Origin: an uncultured Bacilli bacterium
GTDB lineage: Bacteria; Bacillota_I; Bacilli_A; RFN20; CAG-826
Direction: 5' to 3'
Assembly (NCBI GenBank): GCA_944358865.1
Contig: CALVRV010000004.1
Span: 3,759 to 67,758 of the forward strand
Length of the DNA: 64,000 bases
The translations under genes were made by a program, and so were the position numbers. Below are positions 25,203 through 33,373 of the stretch, in pieces. How positions within the stretch are numbered: the first letter of the stretch is position 1; the number at the start of each line of letters is the position of its first letter. The notes beneath the pieces were generated by a model, which was not told the origin of the DNA, ran no database searches, and worked only from the letters and a program-made list of their open reading frames with translations.

Positions 25203-26597
25203 ATGCCAGAATTACCTGAAGTAGAAACTATTAAAAATACTCTTGAACCATTAATTAAAAATTATCAGATTTTAAGTATTGAAGTATTAAGAAATGCAAC
25301 TATTATTGGTGATGTTAATGATTTTAAAGAAAAATTAAAAAATCAAAAATTTTTATTTTTATCAAGAATTGGTAAATTTTTAATTTTCCATCTTAGTAAT
25401 GATTATATAATAATTTCACATTTAAGAATGGAAGGCAAATTTTATTTTTTAAATAAAGATGATGATGTTGGTAAGCATGCACGTGTTATTTTTAATCTAG
25501 ATAATAATAAAAAACTTGTTTTTGATGATTCACGAGCGTTTGGTCTTTTAAAATTATCAAAGACAAGTGAATATAAAAACGATGATTTATTAAAAAATAT
25601 CGCAAACGAACCAAAAGATATTGATATTGATAAATTATATAATCTTGCTAAAAATAGTAATGTCCATATTAAAACTTTTTTATTAGATCAAAGTCATGTA
25701 GCAGGACTTGGAAATATTTATGTTGATGAAACTTTATTTAAAAGTAATATCCACCCTTTAACAAAAGCTAAATATATTACAAAAAAACAATTTGAAATTT
25801 TAATGAAAAACGCAGATAAAATATTAACTGATGCGATAAAATTAGGTGGCTCAACTATAAAAAGTTATCATCCAAGCCAAGGAGTTGACGGAAGATTTCA
25901 AACAACTTTAAAAATATACGATAAAAAAGGTCAATTATGCCCTACTTGTGGTCACATGATAAGAAAAATAAAAGTAAATGGTCGTGGTTCTAGTTTTTGC
26001 AGTCATTGTCAACCATACGTTAATGATACATATAATATTGTAATTTATGGTGAGGTCGGAGTTGGTAAAACTTTAGCCACTGATATATTTAAAGAATATC
26101 ATTTTGATGTTTATAACGCTGATAAAATTGTTTTAGATTTATATAAAAATAAAGATGTTATTAAAAAAATTAATAAGATGTTTAATTTAAATTTTGCTAA
26201 CGAAATTGATAAAAATATTTTAAGAACATATTTATCTAACCATATAAAAGATGTCAAAAAATTAAACAATTATATTCATCCTTTAGTAAAGCAAAAATGC
26301 ATCGAAATTATGAAAAAGTCTACAAAAGTGAACAATATTTTTGAAATTCCGCTTCTTTATCAAGCGCATATGGATGATATTTTTGATGTTATTATTTTAA
26401 TTAAATCAAAAAACCAACAACAACTTTTAAATCAAAGAAACGCTGATACAAGTAAACAACTTTTAAAAATTAATTCAACTAATATTATTAAAGAAGAAGA
26501 CGCTGATTTTATTATTAATAACGATAGTGATATTAATAATTTGAAAAATCAAATTAAAGATATTATAAATAAATTGAAAAGTCGCCTAGGTCAATAA
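25203..26597 (+). CDS. mutM: Fusion protein: formamidopyrimidine-DNA glycosylase (Fpg/MutM) plus dephospho-CoA kinase (CoaE)
   Basis: I set the start at ATG 25203 so the protein begins MPELPEVE (Fpg needs an N-terminal Pro after Met removal); GAGGTG is upstream. The zinc finger CPTCGHMIRKIKVNGRGSSFCSHCQ is followed after about 10 aa by the CoaE-like P-loop IYGEVGVGKT and NADKIV, in the same frame without a stop. Confidence 0.8.
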   Translation: MPELPEVETIKNTLEPLIKNYQILSIEVLRNATIIGDVNDFKEKLKNQKFLFLSRIGKFLIFHLSNDYIIISHLRMEGKFYFLNKDDDVGKHARVIFNLDNNKKLVFDDSRAFGLLKLSKTSEYKNDDLLKNIANEPKDIDIDKLYNLAKNSNVHIKTFLLDQSHVAGLGNIYVDETLFKSNIHPLTKAKYITKKQFEILMKNADKILTDAIKLGGSTIKSYHPSQGVDGRFQTTLKIYDKKGQLCPTCGHMIRKIKVNGRGSSFCSHCQPYVNDTYNIVIYGEVGVGKTLATDIFKEYHFDVYNADKIVLDLYKNKDVIKKINKMFNLNFANEIDKNILRTYLSNHIKDVKKLNNYIHPLVKQKCIEIMKKSTKVNNIFEIPLLYQAHMDDIFDVIILIKSKNQQQLLNQRNADTSKQLLKINSTNIIKEEDADFIINNDSDINNLKNQIKDIINKLKSRLGQ

Positions 26598-27459
26598 CTT
26601 GGCAAGCATTTTGTAAGATATTTGATATTTGTTTACTTCTTATTGCCCCTGCTTTATTAAATGAATATAGTTCTCTTATTTCATCAATAGAAAATTCAGA
26701 TGTAAAAATAATCATTTTTTTGTTGTTCATACGATTTGAAACAATATTATATAAAATACCGTCTCGAATAAAATCGTTTTTATATTCATCTCCAAAACCA
26801 TCTAATATTAATAAGTCGCAGTTACAAATTGCATTCATCAATTTTGTAAATTCATTTTTATCAGAATAAGAAAGGTCATTTAATTCTTTAAAACGATACG
26901 AACAATCTAAAAAACAAATTTTCCAATCTAATTTTTTGCTTGCCGTATTGCTAATCGCGCTTGCGATATAACTTTTTCCTGTTCCTAATGAACCTTTAAG
27001 ATAAAGCCATTTATTAGTCTTATTATTTAAAATATTGTTGATAGTGATAAATAAATCATTACTTCTTGTTTTAGATGAGTGATCAATTTTACTAATTGAA
27101 GCGTCTAAAAATTTTTCATCAATATCATTTATTAAAAATTTATTTTCAATTTTCATTTGTTTAAGAACCATTTCACATGGTTCAAGATTTTGTATTACTA
27201 CACCATTTTTATAAACTAGATTAGTGACTAATAAAGGTCTTTCTTTTTTACAATTTTTTGCCCCTTTGCAATTTAAACAATATTTTAAATCGCTGACATA
27301 ATTATTAATTTTGACAATATTATCTCTTATTGTCTTTTCACTCATTCCTAAATTAGATAAATTTTTGACAGCTTCTGGACAATTAAGATAATTTAAATAC
27401 ATTTCTTCTAATTGTTTTTTATCTTCTTTAATATCCATTGTAATTTTTATTTTTTCCAT
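26563..27459 (-). CDS. dnaI: Primosomal helicase loader DnaI
   Basis: 298 aa. Walker A GSLGTGKSY and Walker B LLILDGFG. It lies immediately downstream of the dnaB-like gene, as in Bacillus. Confidence 0.75.
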   Translation of the reverse strand: MEKIKITMDIKEDKKQLEEMYLNYLNCPEAVKNLSNLGMSEKTIRDNIVKINNYVSDLKYCLNCKGAKNCKKERPLLVTNLVYKNGVVIQNLEPCEMVLKQMKIENKFLINDIDEKFLDASISKIDHSSKTRSNDLFITINNILNNKTNKWLYLKGSLGTGKSYIASAISNTASKKLDWKICFLDCSYRFKELNDLSYSDKNEFTKLMNAICNCDLLILDGFGDEYKNDFIRDGILYNIVSNRMNNKKMIIFTSEFSIDEIRELYSFNKAGAIRSKQISNILQNACQVIDLGDFSIYL

Positions 27460-28749
27460 TTAATCATCATCTCCAAATTGTGCGATTAATTGTTCAAAGG
27501 CATCATTTTTATTGATATCCCCGTTTAAATTTTCATCTTTATTATCATCTAAATTTTCTAATTGTTTTTCGCTATTTATAGTTGAAGTTTTTGCCTTTCT
27601 TTTATTTCTTTTAGTTAGATAAGTAATTGCATCGTAGGCAGTAGTAATTTTTTCTCTTGCTAAAGATGAAGCAATTTTTTCAACATACCTTCTTGATAAG
27701 ATGTTGTTATTAACTTGTAAAGTATAATCTAATATAGCATTAATTACACATGGCTTTAAGTTTAAATTCTTACTTAATGTTTCTATTAAATCTAAATCAG
27801 CTTGAACTGGCGCGATATTATTTTGAAGTAATTGTAAAAAATCTTTTGGTGCTTGAGTTTCCATCAAATTAATTTTTTGACCTAATGGAGTTTGACTAGA
27901 ATTAAGAGATACACTAGAATTTGTATTAGTGTTATCTTCATTTTCAAAAGAAGGCAATTTTATATTATGTTGATAAAGATAATTTAATTTTTCAAAATCA
28001 ATTTTATGACCATTTTCTTTTAAAGGATCAAAACATTGAATGACATATTTAGCGCTTGTCTCTTCGTTAATGCCATATAAAGATGATAATCTTTGAATTT
28101 CTTTTAAATTTTTCTTATTAAAAATGGTTTTAGAAATTTGTGAATTTTCACTAATAAATTTTAAGAAAATGTCATAATCAAAATCTAAATTAAATTTATT
28201 AGATCCATGGCCTAATATATTTGAATTATCATTTATAATGTTTTGCATATATTTTGCATTATAATCTGGCTTAAAAATTTCACCAAATTTAGCGCTTATA
28301 TTTTGATATTTGTCATCTAAATCATTGTTTAAGAGGTAAATATTTTTTAATTCTTGAGATTTTCTTTCGCCTAATGATTCAATTAATAAGCCATTTAATA
28401 AAACATCATTAAAAAATTTTGATGGCACTTTTGGAGCGTATAAATTAAATAAATAATTATTAATGTTATTTTCTTTTTTAATGAAAGTTGAAATCAGACC
28501 AATTCCCTCTAATTTTTCTTTTTCACTAGCAAAATCCCCTACTGACATTTGCATATCGCTTATTAAATCATCAAAAACAAAAACCTTATAATTATTTCTT
28601 TTTGCAAGAGAAATTAATTTAAAATAAATAATACATGCTTTATAACCAATAATAGGCATATATAGATTTAAAATTGTGTCATAATCATAATCAGCGATTA
28701 AACTTGCAAAATGTACTTGAAATATGTCTTGTTTTGATAGGATTAGCAT
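27460..28749 (-). CDS. dnaB: Replication initiation and membrane attachment protein (Firmicute DnaB/DnaD-like)
   Basis: 429 aa. It abuts dnaI with no gap. The call rests on position plus general resemblance, with no sharp motif. Confidence 0.55.
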   Translation of the reverse strand: MLILSKQDIFQVHFASLIADYDYDTILNLYMPIIGYKACIIYFKLISLAKRNNYKVFVFDDLISDMQMSVGDFASEKEKLEGIGLISTFIKKENNINNYLFNLYAPKVPSKFFNDVLLNGLLIESLGERKSQELKNIYLLNNDLDDKYQNISAKFGEIFKPDYNAKYMQNIINDNSNILGHGSNKFNLDFDYDIFLKFISENSQISKTIFNKKNLKEIQRLSSLYGINEETSAKYVIQCFDPLKENGHKIDFEKLNYLYQHNIKLPSFENEDNTNTNSSVSLNSSQTPLGQKINLMETQAPKDFLQLLQNNIAPVQADLDLIETLSKNLNLKPCVINAILDYTLQVNNNILSRRYVEKIASSLAREKITTAYDAITYLTKRNKRKAKTSTINSEKQLENLDDNKDENLNGDINKNDAFEQLIAQFGDDD

Positions 28750-28806
28750 AATTTACTTTGCAATTATAACACAAGTAAATTTATATTTTATTAAAAAAAA
28801 TAAATA

Positions 28807-28891
28807 TGTGGATATGTGGAAAACACTTAATCGAATTAATCAAGATTAGTGCTAAATAATTTTAAAATTGATAAATTAAAAATGTGGAAAA
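28807..28891. promoter_or_regulatory. Three DnaA-box-like 9-mers in the dnaB/pfkA divergent intergenic region
   Basis: TGTGGATAT (28807-28815), TGTGGAAAA (28815-28823) and TGTGGAAAA (28883-28891). Each is one mismatch from TGTGGATAA, the complement of TTATCCACA. Confidence 0.4.
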
Positions 28892-28985
28892 ATATTATTT
28901 ATATATAGATATTTTAAAAAAAATATCATATATCCGCTCAAAAATATGATATATTATTATCGTTTGAAAAGGAGAAACACTATTT

Positions 28986-29945
28986 ATGGTCAAAAAAATT
29001 GCGGTATTGACAAGTGGTGGCGATGCACCTGGTATGAACGCTTGTGTTCGTGCTGTTATTCGAGCTTGTATTGCTCATGGCATCGAACCATATATCGTAT
29101 ATGATGGTTATAAAGGATTATGCGATAATATGATTGTCAAAGTTGATAAAAAATTTACTCAAGATATTATTAATCGAGGTGGCACAATTATTTTAACGAG
29201 CCGTCTTCCTGAATTTGCTCAAGTTGAATATCAAAAAAGAGCTATTCAAAATTTAAAAGATAAAGATATCGATGCTTTAATTGGTATTGGTGGCGATGGT
29301 ACTTATAAAGGTTTACTTGCTTTATCTAAATTAGGTTATCCTGTTATTGGTATTCCTGGCACTATTGATAATGACGTTGCTTCTACTGATCGTACGATTG
29401 GTTTTGATACTGCTTTAAATACAATTTGTGAATGTGTCGATAAAATCAAAGATACATCAAGTAGCCATCAAAGATGTTCGATTATTGAAGTTATGGGACG
29501 TCATTGTGGTGACTTAGCAATATTTGCTGGTATTGCTGAAGCGGCAGAATTAACAATTACATTTGACCATCAATTAAATGAAAAAGTTATCTTTGATAAA
29601 TTAAAAAACATGCATGATAAAGAAAAATCTCATGCAATTGTCATCGTTAGTGAAAATTTAATGGATGTCAACGAATTTGCAAAACGTGTCAGTGAATATA
29701 CTGGTTTTGAAACTAAAGCTGAAATTCTTGGACGTTTGCAAAGAGGTGGTTCCCCTACTGCTGAAGATAGAATCTTAGCATCAAGATTTGGCGCAGCAGC
29801 AGTTGAATTATTAGCAAATGATATTTCTGGTCGAGTTGTTGGTATTAAGAAAAACACAATTGTTGATCTTCCTATCGAACAAGCATTAAATATGGAAAGA
29901 GATATTCATAAACCTCTCATTCATCTTATTGATTTATTAGCGTAA
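28986..29945 (+). CDS. pfkA: ATP-dependent 6-phosphofructokinase
   Basis: LTSGGDAPGMNA, GIGGDGTYKG and PGTIDNDV motifs. AAAGGAG SD. Confidence 0.9.
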   Translation: MVKKIAVLTSGGDAPGMNACVRAVIRACIAHGIEPYIVYDGYKGLCDNMIVKVDKKFTQDIINRGGTIILTSRLPEFAQVEYQKRAIQNLKDKDIDALIGIGGDGTYKGLLALSKLGYPVIGIPGTIDNDVASTDRTIGFDTALNTICECVDKIKDTSSSHQRCSIIEVMGRHCGDLAIFAGIAEAAELTITFDHQLNEKVIFDKLKNMHDKEKSHAIVIVSENLMDVNEFAKRVSEYTGFETKAEILGRLQRGGSPTAEDRILASRFGAAAVELLANDISGRVVGIKKNTIVDLPIEQALNMERDIHKPLIHLIDLLA

Positions 29946-29974
29946 TGCGACTAAAATAAAATTAGGCTTTGACC

Positions 29975-30190
29975 AAAGACATGTCATCTAGAAGATGTTA
30001 AAAAGAGAATAAATCCATTGGCTGTAAGATTTTATAACTATTCTAGATGGTACCACTTTGTAGCCTCTTAAGTAATTAAGCGTGCCTGTCGTTAAAGGTA
30101 ATTAAGTGTGTAATTAAATTATTACAAATAAAGGTGGTACCGCGCATTAAAGATGCGTCCTTAGGGAAGCCTTTTTTATTTTTTTAGGAG
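29975..30190 (+). promoter_or_regulatory. T-box leader (Thr specifier ACU) upstream of thrS
   Basis: Stem I base is CATCTAGAA (29985-29993) paired with TTCTAGATG (30041-30049). An AGAGA box lies at about 30004. ACU followed by A (30037-30040) sits just 5' of the basal helix. The T-box core AAGGTGGTACCGCG is at 30131-30144 and a T-run at 30172-30185. Confidence 0.8.
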
Positions 30191-30196
30191 GAAAAT

Positions 30197-31981
30197 ATGA
30201 AAATTATTAATCATTTAGGAGAAATTGAAGAAATTAAAAAAGATAGTAAAGAAGCTTTTTTAACATTAAATCACTCCACTAGCCATTTACTTGCTCAAGC
30301 AATTTCTATTTTATATCCAGATGCAAAATTTGGCTTTGGTCCATCAATTGATGAAGGATTTTATTACGATATCGATTTTAAAAACCCTATCAATGACACT
30401 GATTTTGCAAAAATTGAAGCAAAAATGATGGAATTAGCAAAAACTAATGAAAAAATAATTCGTCAAGAAGTAAGTAAAAGCGAAGCATTAGAAATATTTA
30501 AAGATAATCCTTATAAAATTGAACTTATTAATGAAATTAATGATACAATAACTATTTTTAAACAAGGTGATTTTGTTGATTTATGCGCTGGACCTCACTT
30601 ATTATCAACTGAAATGATTCGACATTTTAAACTTTTATCTATTGCTGGGGCTTACTGGCGTGGTAATTCAGATAATAAAATGTTAACAAGAATTTATGGT
30701 ACTTCATTTTTTAACGCTCAAGATTTAAATGATTATTTAAATATTTTAGAACAAAGAAAAAAAAGAGATCATCGTCTATTAGGAAAACAATTAAATTTAT
30801 TTATGATTTCTGAATATGGTCCTGGTTTTCCATTTTGGTTAAGCAATGGCATGATACTTAAAAATGAACTTATTAATTTTTGGAATCAACAACATATAAA
30901 ATATAATTATCAATTTATTGAGACTCCAATTATATTATCTCGAGAACTTTGGGAAATATCTGGCCACTGGGATCATTATCGCGATAATATGTATACTTTA
31001 AAAATTGATGAAAAAGATTATGCAGTTAAACCAATGAACTGCCCTGGTTCTATTTTGGTTTATAAAAATGAAATGCATTCTTATCGTGATTTACCTATTC
31101 GACTTGCTGAATTAGGTCGTGTTCATCGCCATGAAGCCAGCGGTGCGTTAAATGGTTTATTTAGAGTTAGAACATTTACTCAAGATGACGCGCATATATA
31201 TTGTCGTAGAGATCAATTATTAGATGAGATTACTACTTTACTACAATTTTTTGATGATATGTATAAAGTATTTGATTTACCTTATCATATTGAACTTTCA
31301 ACAAGACCAGAAAAGGATTTTATTGGTGATATATCTATTTGGAATGAAAGTGAAGAGATTTTGAAAAAAGCTTTAGAAGCATCTAATAAGGAATATAAGA
31401 TTAATCCAGGTGATGGTGCATTTTATGGTCCAAAACTTGATTTTAAATTAAAAGATTCTATGGGAAGAATTTGGCAATGTGGAACAATACAATTAGATAT
31501 GAATTTGCCAAAAAGATTTGAAATGTATTATATTGATGAAAATGGTGAAAAAGTTGAACCAATCATGCTTCACCGTGCTTGTCTTGGATCTTTAGAAAGA
31601 TTTATTGCTATTTTATGTGAACATTATGGCGGTGCCTTCCCTACTTGGCTTGCCCCTGTTCAAATCGATATTTTACCAGTCAATAATAACTACCATTTAG
31701 ATTATTGTAAGAAAATATTTGATGAATTAAAAAATCTTGGCTTTAGACCTTATTTAGATGATAGCAATGAAAAATTATCTTATCGTTTAAGAAATTCACA
31801 AGTTAAAAAAGTTCCAATTACAATTGTTATTGGAGATAATGAAGTAAATCAAAATCAAATTACTTTTAGAAGATATTCTTTTAAAGAAAATCAAACTTTA
31901 AAATTTGATGAATTTCTTAAACTTATTAAAGAAGAGGTTGAAAAGAAAATTTATTATAAGCCAAATAACGTGAATTCTTAA
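30197..31981 (+). CDS. thrS: Threonine--tRNA ligase (short N-terminus, lacks most of the TGS domain)
   Basis: 594 aa. The HSTSHLLAQA editing-domain motif is already at residue about 26. Class II core motifs are present, including RVHRHEASGAL and FTQDDAHI. Confidence 0.9.
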   Translation: MKIINHLGEIEEIKKDSKEAFLTLNHSTSHLLAQAISILYPDAKFGFGPSIDEGFYYDIDFKNPINDTDFAKIEAKMMELAKTNEKIIRQEVSKSEALEIFKDNPYKIELINEINDTITIFKQGDFVDLCAGPHLLSTEMIRHFKLLSIAGAYWRGNSDNKMLTRIYGTSFFNAQDLNDYLNILEQRKKRDHRLLGKQLNLFMISEYGPGFPFWLSNGMILKNELINFWNQQHIKYNYQFIETPIILSRELWEISGHWDHYRDNMYTLKIDEKDYAVKPMNCPGSILVYKNEMHSYRDLPIRLAELGRVHRHEASGALNGLFRVRTFTQDDAHIYCRRDQLLDEITTLLQFFDDMYKVFDLPYHIELSTRPEKDFIGDISIWNESEEILKKALEASNKEYKINPGDGAFYGPKLDFKLKDSMGRIWQCGTIQLDMNLPKRFEMYYIDENGEKVEPIMLHRACLGSLERFIAILCEHYGGAFPTWLAPVQIDILPVNNNYHLDYCKKIFDELKNLGFRPYLDDSNEKLSYRLRNSQVKKVPITIVIGDNEVNQNQITFRRYSFKENQTLKFDEFLKLIKEEVEKKIYYKPNNVNS

Positions 31982-32019
31982 ACTAAATTCCGTTTTATAC
32001 CAAAAAGTTAAAAAAGATG

Positions 32020-32048
32020 TTGCAATTTATAGTTTATATATATAAAAT
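32020..32048 (+). promoter_or_regulatory. Candidate sigma-A promoter of the infC-rpmI-rplT operon
   Basis: TTGCAA (32020-32025), a 17-bp spacer, then TAAAAT (32043-32048). Confidence 0.5.
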
Positions 32049-32054
32049 ATAAGT

Positions 32055-32175
32055 CGCAAATGAGGTAGAAAGAAGAGGCACCCGCTTCTCGCCAGACCGA
32101 AATATATTGGTTGGCAAATGCTGCTTAGATGATTTAAAAATTTCACGGGTGCATCAATATGCCCCGTTTTTATTT
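32055..32175 (+). promoter_or_regulatory. L20-type ribosomal-protein leader with an intrinsic terminator/attenuator
   Basis: This is a relatively GC-rich structured stretch. The hairpin is ACGGGTGCAT-CAAT-ATGCCCCGT (32145-32167, 9 bp with one bulge), followed by TTTTTATTT directly before the infC SD. The position matches the Firmicute L20 leader. Confidence 0.6.
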
Positions 32176-32184
32176 GAAAAGGAG

Positions 32185-32754
32185 ATGATTGATATCGTAG
32201 TCGAACAAAACGTAGGACCAAAACCAAACGCTAAATCTAAAGATAATGTTTTATTAAACAATCAAGTAAGATTCCCATTAGTAAGGCTAATCGGTCCAGA
32301 TGGTGAACAATTAGGTACAATGTCTTCTCGTGATGCTCAATTAAAAGCTAATGAGATGGAATTAGACCTACTATGTGTTGCAAGCAATGCAAATCCACCA
32401 GTTTGCAAATTAGTAAATTATGGAAAATATCGTTATGAGCAACAAAAGAAAGCTAAATTAGCAAAGAAAAATCAAAAAGTTGTTGAAAATAAAGAAATAC
32501 AACTTACTCCTCAAATTGGTGTTCACGATATGCAAACCAAGGCAAAAGCCGCGATTAAATTTTTACAAGAAGGCAATAAAGTTAAAGTTTGTGTACGATT
32601 TAGAGGAAGACAATTAGCCCATACTGAAGTTGGTATGGACACCATTACACGCTTTATCGACTTAACGAGCGAATTTAGCCAAATCGAAAAACAACCAGCG
32701 TTGGATGGAAGATGGCTAATCGCAATCATCGCACCTAAGAAGCAGACAAAGTAA
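32185..32754 (+). CDS. infC: Translation initiation factor IF-3 (exact start uncertain, probably non-AUG)
   Basis: VRLIGPDGEQLG and conserved C-terminal domain features. The ORF-track start (TTG 32107) runs through the leader terminator and is rejected. The SD AAAGGAG (32178-32184) abuts ATG 32185. In-frame ATT 32188 or ATC 32194 are better spaced, and IF-3 genes classically use AUU-type starts. Confidence 0.8.
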   Translation: MIDIVVEQNVGPKPNAKSKDNVLLNNQVRFPLVRLIGPDGEQLGTMSSRDAQLKANEMELDLLCVASNANPPVCKLVNYGKYRYEQQKKAKLAKKNQKVVENKEIQLTPQIGVHDMQTKAKAAIKFLQEGNKVKVCVRFRGRQLAHTEVGMDTITRFIDLTSEFSQIEKQPALDGRWLIAIIAPKKQTK

Positions 32755-32766
32755 GGAGGAAAAAAT

Positions 32767-32961
32767 ATGCCAAAAATGAAATCTAAAAAGGCTTTAACAA
32801 AAAGAATTAAAGTCACTGGCAGCGGAAAAATTGTGAGGCACTCCGCTTATACATCACATTTAGCCCCACACAAAACACACAAACAAAAAAGACATTTAAG
32901 AAAAGCATCAGTCATGCACAATACTGATTATAAGAGAATTAAATTTCTCATTCAAAAATAG
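32767..32961 (+). CDS. rpmI: 50S ribosomal protein L35
   Basis: [22 protein letters not shown]... 64 aa. AAGGAGG SD. Confidence 0.9.
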   Translation: MPKMKSKKALTKRIKVTGSGKIVRHSAYTSHLAPHKTHKQKRHLRKASVMHNTDYKRIKFLIQK

Positions 32962-32972
32962 GAGGTAGCAAA

Positions 32973-33317
32973 ATGAGAGTAAAAGGTGGAACAGTTACCC
33001 ATGCACGTCGTAAAAAAATCTTAAAACAAGCTAAAGGTTATTGGGGTAGCAAGCACGTCTTATTTAAGACCGCTAAAGAACAAGTTTTACGTTCACATCG
33101 CTACGCCTATATTGATCGTCGCAATATCAAACGTGACTTTAGAAAATTATGGATTAAAAGAATTAACGCTGCATGCAGAATGTGCGATATTTCATATAGC
33201 CAATTTATGCACGGTTTAAAAGTTAACAAAATTGAAATTAATCGTAAAATGTTATCTGAAATGGCTATTAATGATTTTGCAAGTTTTGAAGCTTTAGTTA
33301 AAACTGTTAAAAAATAA
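32973..33317 (+). CDS. rplT: 50S ribosomal protein L20
   Basis: [25 protein letters not shown]... 114 aa. Confidence 0.9.
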   Translation: MRVKGGTVTHARRKKILKQAKGYWGSKHVLFKTAKEQVLRSHRYAYIDRRNIKRDFRKLWIKRINAACRMCDISYSQFMHGLKVNKIEINRKMLSEMAINDFASFEALVKTVKK

Positions 33318-33343
33318 TTATTATATCTTTTCAAAAATTAATT

Positions 33344-33372
33344 AAAAAAACAGGCGTCATGCTTGTTTTTTT
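33344..33372. terminator. Candidate bidirectional terminator between rplT and thiI
   Basis: A7, then AACAGGC-GTCAT-GCTTGTT, then T7. The stem is short (7 bp including one G-U). Confidence 0.5.
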
Positions 33373-33373
33373 A

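Noticed and set aside
28750-28985. Chromosomal replication origin (oriC)
   Set aside because: There are only three imperfect DnaA boxes. dnaA, dnaN and rpmH are not nearby, and gene orientation does not switch coherently here. A regulatory DnaA-box cluster is the more conservative reading.
32027-32227. 66-aa minus-strand ORF, and the TTG-initiated N-terminal extension of infC (32107-32184)
   Set aside because: Both lie across the promoter, leader and terminator hairpin of the infC operon. They are better explained as regulatory RNA.
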